From assembly GCA_963719035.1 (NCBI GenBank), contig CAVRAO010000002.1, positions 576,001 through 640,000 on the forward strand: a DNA stretch of 64,000 nt. Reading direction: 5' to 3'. The position numbers and the translations under genes are program-made. Of the stretch, positions 41,184 to 52,106 are shown one piece after another. Under the pieces are notes generated by a model, which saw nothing but the letters and a program-made list of their open reading frames with translations, ran no database searches and was not told the origin of the DNA. How positions within the stretch are numbered: the first letter of the stretch is position 1; each line of letters starts with the position of its first letter. Source of the stretch: Methanobacteriota archaeon. GTDB lineage: Archaea; Halobacteriota; Bog-38; Methanoflorentales; Methanoflorentaceae.

Positions 41184-41367
41184 ACTTTTTTAGCATCATT
41201 CCCATGGTGCCTGTTTAGCATACATAGGCGCCCTCTTAGGCCCCCATTGGACGGACATCCAAGGCTTATTCATTTATCTTGACATTGCAGTTATTGTGGG
41301 TATCGTCGTCCTCGTTGCGTACCTTATTTATCACCGAGAGCGAATTGTGTCACACATACGCTCGTAG
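41184..41367 (+). pseudogene. C-terminal remnant of a second DedA-type gene
   Basis: TFLASFPWCL/LAYIGALLGPHWTDIQGLFIYLDIAVIVGIVVLVAYLIYH; has a frameshift and no start. Confidence 0.6.
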
Positions 41368-41551
41368 GAGGAGTCTTCTCGGTAAGTTATCTATGGCAAG
41401 GTTCTCGAGGGCGTTCTTAATTCCTTTGAGGCAAAAGTACCTTTAGGTGAGCGTTCGAAGCGCGCGAGTGCAGCAGCCTGGCATCATCTGCGGGGGTATC
41501 TTTTTACGCGCTCAAACAACGACTGGGTAAAGGCGAGATGGCAAGGCGGAG

Positions 41552-44119
41552 CTACTCACGAGGGTGCTCTCCCTTTTCATAACGCTTTATAATCACTTTT
41601 GAGGCTTCGAATAGCACGAGGCTGCTCAGTCCGACCGCTACGCTCGCAATTGTCGCCGCGACTGAGAGTGGGGCAAAAAGAAATACCCCTTGCAAAGCCG
41701 GTATGTAGAGCGCCCCTGCAAGGAATACAACTGCTCCACCCGACACATACCACAACGCCCGGTTCGATCGTCGCACAGAGTCAACTAATGTGTCTGTCCA
41801 CGATCGGATACTGAGTATGAGACATAAGTTTGCAATAACGAGCGTTGTGAAAGCCATCGTACGCGCTTGATTTTCATCGCGCCCATAAGCGGTTGCACCA
41901 ATATAGACGAGCATTACGATCATTAGGATACCTATACCCTGGAACAGATTCACGCTCAGTTGCCTCCGCGTAAAAAGAGGCTCGTGCGGATTGCGGGGGG
42001 CACGGCGCATCACGTTGGGATCCGCGGGCTCCGCTTCAAACACGACTGATGATACGGGATCAATAATAAGCTCTAGAAATGCGATATGGATCGGCAAGAG
42101 GATGAGAGGCCAATGGAGGAGCACTGGAAGGAGTGTCACACCTGCAATAGGGACGTGAATCGCGAGGATGTACCCCATCGCCTTCTTAATATTGTCATAA
42201 ATCCGCCGCCCGAGCCTTACTGCGTGCACGATTGATGAGAAGTCATCGTCCAGTAACACCAGTGACGACGCCTCACGGGCAACGTCAGTGCCTCTTTTTC
42301 CCATGGCCACGCCTATGTCTGCTGCTTTCATTGCAGGAGCGTCATTCACGCCATCACCCGTCATGGCAACGACTTCGCCGTTGGCCTTCAGCGCTTTCAC
42401 TAAGCGAAGCTTCTGCTCAGGAACAGTTCGAGCGAAGATGCACGCGGTTTTGATACGCTCTTGAAGAGTGCGATCGTCGATTTTTTCGAGCTCTGGCCCT
42501 GTGATAATCTCATCGCGCGCAGCGAGTCCGATATATTCTGCGACGCTACGCGCGGTCCCAGGATAGTCACCAGTTATCATGATCACCCGTATTCCTGCAT
42601 CGTAGCATTCCTGAACTGCTTGCTGGACCGTGGGCCGCACGGGGTCAATGAGACCGATCAATCCGAGGAACTCAAATGCAAAGTCGTGCTGTTCCATTGG
42701 GAGCTTCTCCGACCGGAATTGCGCCTCTGCCACGGCCAACACGCGCAGTCCTTCGTTCGCGAGCGCAGAAATGTGCCGCGCAAGGTCGCGCTCTTGCGCA
42801 TCAGAAAAATGGCACAGATCCGCTATCGCTTCGGGTGCGCCCTTCGCGGCGATGATGTAGTCCCCCCCGCTGGGAGATTGCCATACTCGTGATAGTGCCA
42901 GCAAGCGCTCTGACAGAGGGTACTCTCGTTCAAGCATCCAATCGGCGTGGAGGTGCTCAGTCGCAGCTAAGAAATGCTCGCCTAACACCTTAAACGCCTT
43001 TTCCATCGGATCGAACGGGTCTATCTGACTTGCTAAGATGCTGAACTCGACGATCTGGTGGAACGATTCAGAGAGTTCCTGTCCCGAATCAAAGTCGACG
43101 TCGTAAAGCTGACCGTTAGCAAAAAGGGTTTTCACCGTCATGCGATTGAGCGTAAGGGTGCCCGTCTTGTCAGTGCAGAGAACAGTCGCAGCCCCAATAG
43201 TCTCGACCGCGCTTGCGTTGCGGGTGAGCACCTGCTGCTGAGAGATACGCCAAGCCCCAAGCACCAGAAACACGGTGAGAACAACAGGGAATTCCTCAGG
43301 CAGCATTGCCATTGCTAACGCAATGCCGGCGAGAAGCCCATCAAGCCAGTTGCCTCGCGTTGCTCCGTAGATAAACACGACAATGAGGAATAATAAGAGC
43401 CCAACGAGTGCAATATTGCGAACAAGTCGTTCTGTTTGAACCTGAAGCCCCGTCTTTTCGCTGTCAAGCGAGCGAATGGCCGTGCCAATCTTTCCTATCT
43501 CAGTCCCAGCCCCTATAGCGCGCATCTCTGCCACGCCGTTTCCACGAACGACGAGTGTGCTTGAATACACAAACGGCGTTCCTTCGCCGCCAGCACGCTC
43601 CATTTCCGACCTTTCGCCGCCCGCCTTTTTTCGCACCGGCACCGATTCGCCGGTCAACAGCGACTCGTCGATCGACAGATTGATACTCGAAAGCAGGATG
43701 CCGTCTGCTGGGACGCGATCGCCTTCGTAAAGGACGACGAGATCTCCGCGCACTACTTCGCGACCGGCAATCCGCCGTGCCTCCCCCTCGCGAATTACAA
43801 GGGCGCGCGGGCTTGAGAGATCGCGAAGCGCTTCTAACGTGCGTTCTGTCCGCCGCTCCTGGTAGAAGGTAATTCCCATAATCACGAAGACGAAGCTTAA
43901 CAAAATGAGCGCCTCTTGACGGTCGCCGACCAGCAGGTAGACGGCGCCCCCACCTAGAAGGAGCAGAAACATAGGCTCGCGAATGACCCCAAGCACAATC
44001 GCTAAGATACCGCGCGGCTTTTCGGACGGAAGCTCGTTGTAGCCTTCCTCCCCGAGTCGTCTCTCCGCTTCTTTTTGCGAAAGTCCTGATAGTTCGCCTA
44101 AATCTACGTCAGGAGTCAT
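41552..44119 (-). CDS. Cation-transporting P-type ATPase (type II, Ca2+-like)
   Basis: TGES, PEEFP, DKTGTLT, KGAPE, TGDGVNDAP. Confidence 0.93.
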   Translation of the reverse strand: MTPDVDLGELSGLSQKEAERRLGEEGYNELPSEKPRGILAIVLGVIREPMFLLLLGGGAVYLLVGDRQEALILLSFVFVIMGITFYQERRTERTLEALRDLSSPRALVIREGEARRIAGREVVRGDLVVLYEGDRVPADGILLSSINLSIDESLLTGESVPVRKKAGGERSEMERAGGEGTPFVYSSTLVVRGNGVAEMRAIGAGTEIGKIGTAIRSLDSEKTGLQVQTERLVRNIALVGLLLFLIVVFIYGATRGNWLDGLLAGIALAMAMLPEEFPVVLTVFLVLGAWRISQQQVLTRNASAVETIGAATVLCTDKTGTLTLNRMTVKTLFANGQLYDVDFDSGQELSESFHQIVEFSILASQIDPFDPMEKAFKVLGEHFLAATEHLHADWMLEREYPLSERLLALSRVWQSPSGGDYIIAAKGAPEAIADLCHFSDAQERDLARHISALANEGLRVLAVAEAQFRSEKLPMEQHDFAFEFLGLIGLIDPVRPTVQQAVQECYDAGIRVIMITGDYPGTARSVAEYIGLAARDEIITGPELEKIDDRTLQERIKTACIFARTVPEQKLRLVKALKANGEVVAMTGDGVNDAPAMKAADIGVAMGKRGTDVAREASSLVLLDDDFSSIVHAVRLGRRIYDNIKKAMGYILAIHVPIAGVTLLPVLLHWPLILLPIHIAFLELIIDPVSSVVFEAEPADPNVMRRAPRNPHEPLFTRRQLSVNLFQGIGILMIVMLVYIGATAYGRDENQARTMAFTTLVIANLCLILSIRSWTDTLVDSVRRSNRALWYVSGGAVVFLAGALYIPALQGVFLFAPLSVAATIASVAVGLSSLVLFEASKVIIKRYEKGEHPRE

Positions 44120-44244
44120 TCTTACCTGTGTACGCGCGTCATCTCTTATATGAGTATTTTTGAGAGCGTGCGCATAATGCCTGTTTATAAGATGGAAGTG
44201 TCCACCCTGCAGAGAGCCTTGCTCCGACTGGCATAACTATATAT

Positions 44245-44278
44245 GATTAGTAAGATTAGTAGGATTAGTAAGATTTAG
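44245..44278 (+). repeat. Direct repeats GATTAGTA(A/G) x3 plus a partial copy, directly after a TATATA box
   Basis: GATTAGTAA GATTAGTAG GATTAGTAA GATTTAG upstream of the AbrB-type gene. Confidence 0.8.
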
Positions 44279-44313
44279 AAGGTTTGCGCATGCACGCGCT
44301 GAGGGGCTAGATC

Positions 44314-44595
44314 GTGACAGGTCATGGGCTTGAAAGAATGAAGTATTACGGGGACACCGTCATCGGCGAGCGAGGCCAAGTTGTAATCCCCGCTGAACTG
44401 CGGAAGAAGTTCGGTATCGAAACGGGAGACCGCTTTCTCGTCATGGGGGGCGAACAGATGGGTGCGTGGGGACTTCTTTTAGTGAAATCAGACGTGCTGT
44501 CACAAGTCGTCCAAGACATCTTCGGGGGGAAACTCGAAGAAGTGCTCGGGCGGGAAGGACGTGCAGAAATTCCTCGTGAACCACCAACCGAATGA
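44314..44595 (+). CDS. AbrB/MazE/SpoVT-family DNA-binding protein
   Basis: IGERGQVVIPAELRKKFGIETGD. Confidence 0.9.
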   Translation: MTGHGLERMKYYGDTVIGERGQVVIPAELRKKFGIETGDRFLVMGGEQMGAWGLLLVKSDVLSQVVQDIFGGKLEEVLGREGRAEIPREPPTE

Positions 44596-44760
44596 TGATC
44601 AAGAAGACGGCGAAATGTATAAACATCCCAACCGTCGAGGTTGGTGATTTTAACGGATGTTCTTTGCGACAGAGAGTTTTTTCCGATCTTTGTTTAAGAA
44701 ACATCTAAATATAGACGTAGCTATGTTATATCTTTAGATATATCAATAGGTCGTAGTGAT

Positions 44761-45783
44761 ATGGACGACGTAGCAATCAAAGCAACAAACCTCGTTAAAA
44801 AATTCGGCGACTTCGTCGCCGTCGATCATCTCTCCTTTGAGGTAAACAAAGGCGAGATATTTGGCTTTTTAGGACCAAACGGCGCGGGCAAGACGACGAC
44901 GATTCGGATGCTCTGCACGCTGAGTAGCCCGACTGAAGGATCGGCAACCGTTGCCGGCTTTGACATTGCTCATCAGGGTAACAAGGTCCGCGAGCACATC
45001 GGGCTTGTATCCGAAAAAATGATCATGTATGATCGGCTCACAGCGCATGAGAACCTGCGCTTGTTCGGCGAGCTCTACGATATCCCACAAGACGCCCTGA
45101 GTGAACGCATCGATGAGCTGCTCCAGGTCGTTAATATGGAAAAGTGGGCAGACCATCAGATCGGCACGTTTTCGACCGGGATGAAGCAGCGCATCAATGT
45201 GATCCGCGCTCTTCTCAACGAGCCGGAGATCCTTTTCTTAGATGAACCAACGCTCGGTCTTGATCCTCAATCCACGAACGAGATCCGCGACTTTGCGCGC
45301 AGCGTCAACGATGATGCTGGAACAACGATCATTTTAACAACGCACGCCATGGCCGAAGCGGACATGCTGTGCGACCGGATCAGTATTGTCGATTACGGGA
45401 AGATCGTCGCACTCGATACGCCGTCAAATCTGAAAAAAGTAATCACCGGTGCCGATACGAACGTCATTGAACTCGACGTTCCAAACATTACGCCAACGCT
45501 TGTCTCGGACATCCAGTCGATGTCGTGCACGCAAACGGTCACGGTAGAAGACGAGACGCACATCAGGGTTCACGCGTTGGGCGATGAGGCGTGCGATAAC
45601 GTCATTGATACCGTGCGATCAGGCGCAGGACAGATTCGTTCCATTCATAACGTTGAGCCGACATTGGAAGACGTGTTCCTCTATCTCACGGGCCACGAGG
45701 TAAGGGAGCAGGTCGCCGACAAGGCAACCATAAAGACGCCACGTTCTGGGCACGGGCCGAGAGTGCGATCGAGGATACGGTAG
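44761..45783 (+). CDS. ABC exporter ATP-binding protein (DrrA-like)
   Basis: GPNGAGKTT, FSTGMKQR, LDEPTLGLD, EPTLEDVF. Confidence 0.93.
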   Translation: MDDVAIKATNLVKKFGDFVAVDHLSFEVNKGEIFGFLGPNGAGKTTTIRMLCTLSSPTEGSATVAGFDIAHQGNKVREHIGLVSEKMIMYDRLTAHENLRLFGELYDIPQDALSERIDELLQVVNMEKWADHQIGTFSTGMKQRINVIRALLNEPEILFLDEPTLGLDPQSTNEIRDFARSVNDDAGTTIILTTHAMAEADMLCDRISIVDYGKIVALDTPSNLKKVITGADTNVIELDVPNITPTLVSDIQSMSCTQTVTVEDETHIRVHALGDEACDNVIDTVRSGAGQIRSIHNVEPTLEDVFLYLTGHEVREQVADKATIKTPRSGHGPRVRSRIR

Positions 45784-45793
45784 GTGAAGTAGC

Positions 45794-46984
45794 ATGGGAG
45801 TGAGAAGTGGCATTCGTCACGCTCTGTGGATTGCGTGGAAAGACTTGTTAGACATCAGCAGAAACCGCATGGGTCTTATGATGCTCATCCTTATGCCGCT
45901 CTTTATGATGGGCATGGTCGGCTTCATTTTCCCCTCAAACAGCGGCATATCTCACGTTCCAGTCGCGCTCGCGAACCTTGACGCAGCGCAGGGCAACACG
46001 TCCCTCAGCACAAAATTCGTCGCACAGCTCGAGGCTTTGAACAACGAGACCGGCATGATGGATCTCTCAACGGTCGGCAGCGCTGCCGACGTCAAGTCGA
46101 ACATTCAAAACGGGCAGCAGAGCGCGGGCATCATCATCGGGAATAATTTCACGTCAAACCTCAAAACCGGTAAACAAGCAGAGGTCACTATCGTCACCGA
46201 TCAGTCGAGCCCTCAGACAGCATCTCTCGTCCAATCGGTGCTCACAAAGGTCATTGAACAAATGGGCACACAGACAGCCACGTATGGCTTGAACCAGACC
46301 TATAAAACACCGCTGAACTATTCGTTAGCCCAGATAGTTCCATACAACGTCCAGACGACGGGTATCGTTCCCGGACAAACCAACTATTTCCAGTTCGTTG
46401 CGCCCGGCATAATGGCGATGGTCGTCATGATGTCGATTATGACCGGACTTCCGCACGCCATCTCCTACGAGCGAGAGATCGGCACCCTCGATGGAATGCT
46501 CGCGGCGCCGGTGCATCGAATGTCGATCCTCGGTGGCAAGGTCATCGCCCAGACAACACGTGGTATGCTTCAGGGGATAATGATCCTTGTACTTTCGATA
46601 GTCCTCTTTGGCGTGGTCGTACAAGGCAGCATTGCGCTCGTTCTGGGACTTCTGCTGCTGAGCGTTTTCAGCCTTGTCGGCTTGGGCATTCTCATCACCT
46701 CATTTGCGAGTACGGAAGAGACCGCCACGATGATCATGATGACGCTCACGTTTCCCATGATGTTCCTTAGCGGTGTGTTTTTCCCGCTGCAGCAGATGCC
46801 ACAGTTTATGCAAGTCATCGCACAGTTCCTTCCACTCACCTATGCCGTCAGCGCACTGCGACGCGTAGTGGTGCTTGGCGCGGGCGTTCCTGCGATATCG
46901 ACGGACATCATTATACTCTTCGGTTTCGGGATCGTACTGCTATCCGTGGCGCTCTTCTCGTTCGAGCGGGCGATGAAGCGATAA
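45794..46984 (+). CDS. ABC-2 type permease
   Basis: EREIGTLDGMLAAP, FLSGVFFP, PLTYAV. Confidence 0.92.
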   Translation: MGVRSGIRHALWIAWKDLLDISRNRMGLMMLILMPLFMMGMVGFIFPSNSGISHVPVALANLDAAQGNTSLSTKFVAQLEALNNETGMMDLSTVGSAADVKSNIQNGQQSAGIIIGNNFTSNLKTGKQAEVTIVTDQSSPQTASLVQSVLTKVIEQMGTQTATYGLNQTYKTPLNYSLAQIVPYNVQTTGIVPGQTNYFQFVAPGIMAMVVMMSIMTGLPHAISYEREIGTLDGMLAAPVHRMSILGGKVIAQTTRGMLQGIMILVLSIVLFGVVVQGSIALVLGLLLLSVFSLVGLGILITSFASTEETATMIMMTLTFPMMFLSGVFFPLQQMPQFMQVIAQFLPLTYAVSALRRVVVLGAGVPAISTDIIILFGFGIVLLSVALFSFERAMKR

Positions 46985-47065
46985 TAGATTGGGGCAAGGA
47001 TTAGCTCATCGCGCGCGCCGGCTCTCGAATACTCGAGGATATCCCCCGTACGACTTCGTACTGAG

Positions 47066-47089
47066 GTGTGACAAAAAAAGTGGTCACGC
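47066..47089 (+). promoter_or_regulatory. Palindromic operator-like site GTGTGAC-N10-GTCACGC upstream of TTAAA
   Basis: GTGTGACAAAAAAAGTGGTCACGC; resembles the sites at 17398 and 23980. Confidence 0.55.
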
Positions 47090-47135
47090 GAGCTTAAACA
47101 CACCCCGCACACTGTGTCTGCTAGGAGGGGAAAAA

Positions 47136-47294
47136 ATGGCAGCAGAAAGTGCGGCGTTCTATTTTGGGCGTCTTGTTGTGGCGTTGAAAGAAAGTCCGAC
47201 CCCCGAGTGCAGAGAGCGTAGTGAGCGCCTGACGTGCGCTGTTAACGAAGTGCTCCACTCGCGCGACTCCGTGCACTGCGGTTGCAGCGTCTGA
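47136..47294 (+). CDS. 52-aa microprotein (family member 3)
   Basis: GGAGGGG RBS. PECRERSERLTCAVNEVL aligns with PNCNKCAERLANAVNSVL of member 2. Confidence 0.6.
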   Translation: MAAESAAFYFGRLVVALKESPTPECRERSERLTCAVNEVLHSRDSVHCGCSV

Positions 47295-47642
47295 AATATT
47301 TCGTGCGCTGCGAACACGTTGCATCATGCTCCATTGGACATATTAGGCGCTTCCATTATAGCGTACGACAAAATAATCAGGCAGTTTGATCCTCGTTATA
47401 TTCACTTAACGTTAACAATAACTCGTGGTGTGTTGATAGCGAAATAGAAGATGTTAACTTCGTATCGCAAACAAATCTTTCGAAGTTCTTGGAAGTACCC
47501 CACGAAGAAACTCACGAGTATGATGTCGTTCGCTTGAACTATGCCGACGCTACAAAACCACAACCAGAAAAACTCGAGTCGCGCGTGAACGATAAAGTTG
47601 ACAAGAAGTCAACGACGTGACTTATCTTTTCAACCTTCAGCG

Positions 47643-48323
47643 CTAACGTGTCCGGCGTATCACTGCAAATATCGCTGCAAGAGCCCCAAGCGCTCCAAGA
47701 GCAAAAACAGCCTCGAACCCAGGAAGCGGATTGCTACTTGTGGCTCCGGAATTGACTCCAGCGACGGTTGTCGCAGAAGGGCTCACCTGAGCGGTCGCAG
47801 TTGAGGTAGCAGCTGACGTCGTGCTCGGCACAGGAGTTGGTGAGGGGGTTGCAGCCGTGCTTGTGACGTCTGCCGCGACTCTTGTCACCGTCACCGCGTC
47901 AACAGCCTGAGCACCTGCAGGGAGTTTGGCAATTCCCGTTCGCTGCGCTGCGTAATTGCTGAGAGTGCTGCTGGCACTTGGATTGGCGACGACTGCGTGA
48001 ATTTGGAAGACTTTACCGACGCCGAATATGTTGCCTACTGAGAGACGAGTTGACCACGTCGCATCACTACGCACTGTGACCGAGGGAGCTTTTGGATAAT
48101 ACGTGCCCATCGTAGGATCATATGGCACTATCCAAAGCGTATACCCCTTTGAGAGCTGTGCCTTGCCGCTCACAGGTTGGGTAGGTCCGGCCTTGCCGTT
48201 CTTAGAAGGCGAGTTAATCTTCACCACACCTCCTTGCGGGCTTGCGGCACTCGCCACTGTGCATATGGAGGTTAACAAGAGGGCAGTGATAAGTAATAGA
48301 ATGGCCCATTTTTTCGCGCTCAT
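47643..48323 (-). CDS. Surface protein with PGF-CTERM sorting signal
   Basis: Signal peptide, Thr/Ser-rich linker, LPGFEAVFALGALGALAAIFAVIRRTR. Confidence 0.88.
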   Translation of the reverse strand: MSAKKWAILLLITALLLTSICTVASAASPQGGVVKINSPSKNGKAGPTQPVSGKAQLSKGYTLWIVPYDPTMGTYYPKAPSVTVRSDATWSTRLSVGNIFGVGKVFQIHAVVANPSASSTLSNYAAQRTGIAKLPAGAQAVDAVTVTRVAADVTSTAATPSPTPVPSTTSAATSTATAQVSPSATTVAGVNSGATSSNPLPGFEAVFALGALGALAAIFAVIRRTR

Positions 48324-48654
48324 ATTGGTTCCTCCCAGAAGCTAGCTGCTGACTACCACATAAATCTTTTTAAATGGTTCTGAACTAACTACAGTGGATT
48401 CTGAACCGCTTTAAGTGCCCTCTGAACGGCCTTTGGGATTAATGTCCTAAGCAAGTGCACCTCGCAGTTAATTATAAAAGGCATCGTTGTGACTAGTAGC
48501 TGGAGATTGAGCTATGGAGTGGCTCTAAAAAATAAGAGGCGCCTCCAGTTTAAATCGACGAAATATCCTGGTAATTAGGGCGGCTTTTTGGCACGCCGTG
48601 GTCGCGGCGGGTATCATCCGGCTGGAGGAGGCCGCAATTCAGTAACGTTCATAC

Positions 48655-50064
48655 ATGATCACAGAAAGAACCGACGTTGTCATAGGGCTCGAGGTACATG
48701 TCCAACTGACCACGCAATCGAAGCTGTTTTGCGGATGTTCAACGCGCTATCAAGACTCAGAGCCAAATACCCACACGTGCCCGATTTGCCTCGGCATTCC
48801 AGGCAGTTTACCAGTCATCAATGAAATGGCAGTTGTTTACGCTGAACGGGTTGCGAAGGCGCTCAACTGCTCGGTCCAGCGGACGCAGTTCTACAGGAAG
48901 AACTACTACTATCCCGACTTGCCGAAAGGCTTCCAAATCAGCCAGTATGACTTTCCGCTCGGCATAAATGGCCACATGATGGTAGATAGCGAAGGACAGG
49001 AACGAAAGATCCGAATCAGGCGAGTGCACATAGAAGAGGATCCAGGGAAGCTCACTTACCGCGGGACCATTGAAAAGGCCCAATACTCGCTCATCGACTA
49101 TAATCGATCAGGCGTGCCGCTACTCGAGGTGGTCACCGAGCCCGACCTTCGGACCCCTAAGGAAGCGCGGCGCTTTATCAATAAGCTGCGCAACATCCTC
49201 GAGTATCTCGACGTCTTCGACGGCAATCTCGAAGGATCGCTTAGGGTCGATGCAAACGTCTCAATCTCAGGTGGGAAACGCGCTGAAGTCAAGAATATCT
49301 CGTCCTACAAGGGCGTCGAAAAAGCGCTCCTCTTTGAAATAACCCGCCAGAGAAACTTGCTTCGAAGAGGTATCCACATCACACAAGAGACGCGGCACTT
49401 CGACGAGGCGCGCGGCATCACGATCTCGCTCCGTTCGAAGGAGCAAGAGCACGACTATCGGTACTTCCCCGAACCTGATCTCGCCCAAGTCGACCCCGAA
49501 CCGCTAGTGAAACAATTCCCGCAACAAACAGAAATAGAACTCCCTGACACAAAACGTGGCCGATTTGTTGAGCAGTACGGCATCTCAGACTACCTTGCAA
49601 AAGTGCTCACCGCCTCTAAGCCGCTTGCTGACTACTACGAAACGGTCGCCGCACGTATCGACCCGTCGGTAGCTGCAAGCTGGGTTGTAGACGTCCTTCA
49701 GGGCGAGCTGAACTACCGCGGGCTTGACCTTCAAGCGTTTAGCCCCGACTTCTTGATTGACATCATCGTTAACGTGACCGACCGACGTATTACCGAAAAG
49801 GCAGCAGTCGAGGTTATACGAACTGTTCTCGACCGTGGTGGCACCCCTTGCGAGATCATCGACGAGCAAGCGCTCCACGCCGTCCCAAGCGAACAGATCA
49901 CCACAGCTGTTAAGCAAGCGATCGAGGAGAACCCGCAGGCCGTGGCGGATTATCGCAGCGGCAAGAAAGGCGCGCTCAACTTTCTCGTCGGTCAGGTTAT
50001 GAAAAAGACACGGGGACGGGCTGATCCTACGCTGACCAACCGTCTCATCCAGGAGCAGCTGTGA
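48655..50064 (+). CDS. gatB: Asp/Glu-tRNA amidotransferase subunit B
   Basis: [37 protein letters not shown]. Confidence 0.97.
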   Translation: MITERTDVVIGLEVHVQLTTQSKLFCGCSTRYQDSEPNTHTCPICLGIPGSLPVINEMAVVYAERVAKALNCSVQRTQFYRKNYYYPDLPKGFQISQYDFPLGINGHMMVDSEGQERKIRIRRVHIEEDPGKLTYRGTIEKAQYSLIDYNRSGVPLLEVVTEPDLRTPKEARRFINKLRNILEYLDVFDGNLEGSLRVDANVSISGGKRAEVKNISSYKGVEKALLFEITRQRNLLRRGIHITQETRHFDEARGITISLRSKEQEHDYRYFPEPDLAQVDPEPLVKQFPQQTEIELPDTKRGRFVEQYGISDYLAKVLTASKPLADYYETVAARIDPSVAASWVVDVLQGELNYRGLDLQAFSPDFLIDIIVNVTDRRITEKAAVEVIRTVLDRGGTPCEIIDEQALHAVPSEQITTAVKQAIEENPQAVADYRSGKKGALNFLVGQVMKKTRGRADPTLTNRLIQEQL

Positions 50065-52070
50065 CACATCTAGTCGTCACCGAAAAAGACCTCGCAGCGA
50101 AGCGTATCGCCGACATTCTCTCAGGCGGGGCGGCATCGCCAACGAAGGTTGCAAGCGCCAACGCATATCGTTTCAATAGTACTGTCGTCCTCGGCCTTAG
50201 AGGCCACATTGTGAAGCTTGACTTCCCTGATGAGTACCGAGACTGGAAGGTCAACCTTCACGACTTGGTGCGGGCAGACATTGTCACCGTTCCAACCCAC
50301 AAAACGATCGTGGCAGGCCTCAAACGGGCCGCCAAGGACGCCGATCGAGTCACTATCGCAACAGATTTTGACACGGAAGGTGAACTTATCGGCTTAGAGG
50401 CGTGCACGATCATCAAGTCTGTAAAAGACGTCGAGGTTGACCGCGTGCGATTTAGCGCGATGACGCCGATCGAGGTCAAACGCGCGTTTCGCTCGCCTAC
50501 GAAAATCGACCTAAACCTCGCCCGCTCGGGAGAGGCACGACAAGCTGTGGACCTTATCTGGGGCGCCGCGCTTACGCGCTTCATATCTACGGCTGCCAAG
50601 CGACTCGGGAACCACTTCTTATCTGCAGGACGGGTACAGAGTCCGACGCTGGCGCTGATCGTCGATCGCGAGCGCACGATCGCACAATTCGTGCCTGAGC
50701 CCTACTGGGAGGTGTTTATTGACGTTAGCACCGACACCGAAACGTTTCACGCAAAACATCAAACCGACCGATTTCGAGACGAAGCAAGCGCATTAGCTGC
50801 GGGTCAAAACATCGGTGACACGGCTACCGTCGTAACGTTTGCAAAAGCAGAGCGGGTGGATGCGCCGCCAAAACCCTTCAATACAACGGAATTTATCGCA
50901 GCGGCAAGCGCACTCGGCATTTCAGCCAGCCGCGCCATGGACACTGCCGAGCGCCTATACACGGCAGGGTTGATAAGCTATCCTCGTACAGACAACACGG
51001 TGTATCCGAATGAGCTCGATCTCCGCCTCACCGTTAATATGTTCAAGAGCGGCCCGTTCGCTGAGAACGCCAAGTTGCTGCTCCAAAAAGAACGGTTGGT
51101 CGCCACACGAGGAAAAAAGCAAACGACCGATCATCCGCCGATCCATCCAACGATGCGCGCCAGCAAATCCGATCTCGAGCCACGTAGCTGGAAGATCTAC
51201 GAACTCGTCGTTCGACGGTTCTTTGCGACGCTCTCTGATCCGGCCCGTTGGTGCACGAAAAAGGTCACGCTGGAGTCTGGTGGGGAGCTATTCAGAGCGA
51301 CGGGGCTCGAACTGTCATACCCAGGCTGGCGCTTTCACTATCCGTACGCCCAGACGCAAGAGCGACATCTGCCCGACCTTCGCAAGGGCGCGGTCCTCAC
51401 CGTCGCGAACAAACAGATTGTCGAAAAGGAGACGCAGCCACCCCAGCGATGGGGGCAAGGCCAGCTTATCAAGAAGATGGAAGAACTTGGGCTGGGAACG
51501 AAAAGCACGCGGCACGAGATAATAACGAAACTTGCTCAGCGAGGGTATATCGACGTCAGCCCCCTACGTCCGACTGGTATCGCGTGTAGCGTCACCGAAT
51601 CGCTCGAACGCTATGCGCCGACTATCACGAAACCTGAGATGACACGCCTGCTCGAAGAGGAGATGGAGAAGGTCACAGCAGGCGCACTTTCAAAGGAGTT
51701 CGTCGTGATCAACTCGAGGGACATTCTTGACAAGGTCTTGGACACACTCGATGAACAATACCAAGAGATCAGCGCGTCGCTGCAAACGGGCCTGCGCGGC
51801 GACGCGACCGTCGGAACGTGTCCTCAGTGCAGCTCTGACCTTATCGTGCGCCGCTCGAAACGCGGCGGACGGTTCGTAGGGTGTTCCGGATATCCAAACT
51901 GCACCTTCGGACTCCCACTGCCCAAATCGGGTAGACTGCGCGTCACCGCCCGCAAGTGCAAGCAGCACGACATGCGACTAATCAAAGTGCAGACCGGAAA
52001 GCGATTGTGGGACCTTGGATGCCCACAATGCAACTACAGCAGCTGGATAGAAAAGAACAAAAACAAGTGA
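50061..52070 (+). CDS. topA: DNA topoisomerase IA
   Basis: [40 protein letters not shown]-terminal zinc ribbons. Confidence 0.96.
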   Translation: MTHLVVTEKDLAAKRIADILSGGAASPTKVASANAYRFNSTVVLGLRGHIVKLDFPDEYRDWKVNLHDLVRADIVTVPTHKTIVAGLKRAAKDADRVTIATDFDTEGELIGLEACTIIKSVKDVEVDRVRFSAMTPIEVKRAFRSPTKIDLNLARSGEARQAVDLIWGAALTRFISTAAKRLGNHFLSAGRVQSPTLALIVDRERTIAQFVPEPYWEVFIDVSTDTETFHAKHQTDRFRDEASALAAGQNIGDTATVVTFAKAERVDAPPKPFNTTEFIAAASALGISASRAMDTAERLYTAGLISYPRTDNTVYPNELDLRLTVNMFKSGPFAENAKLLLQKERLVATRGKKQTTDHPPIHPTMRASKSDLEPRSWKIYELVVRRFFATLSDPARWCTKKVTLESGGELFRATGLELSYPGWRFHYPYAQTQERHLPDLRKGAVLTVANKQIVEKETQPPQRWGQGQLIKKMEELGLGTKSTRHEIITKLAQRGYIDVSPLRPTGIACSVTESLERYAPTITKPEMTRLLEEEMEKVTAGALSKEFVVINSRDILDKVLDTLDEQYQEISASLQTGLRGDATVGTCPQCSSDLIVRRSKRGGRFVGCSGYPNCTFGLPLPKSGRLRVTARKCKQHDMRLIKVQTGKRLWDLGCPQCNYSSWIEKNKNK

Positions 52071-52106
52071 AACTTGGCAAATGTGCGACGCATGACTGAA
52101 AAACGC

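Noticed and set aside
8900-48400. A single integrated mobile element spanning the accessory region
   Set aside because: No integrase, transposase, tRNA target or flanking direct repeats were seen. It looks like piecemeal gene turnover.
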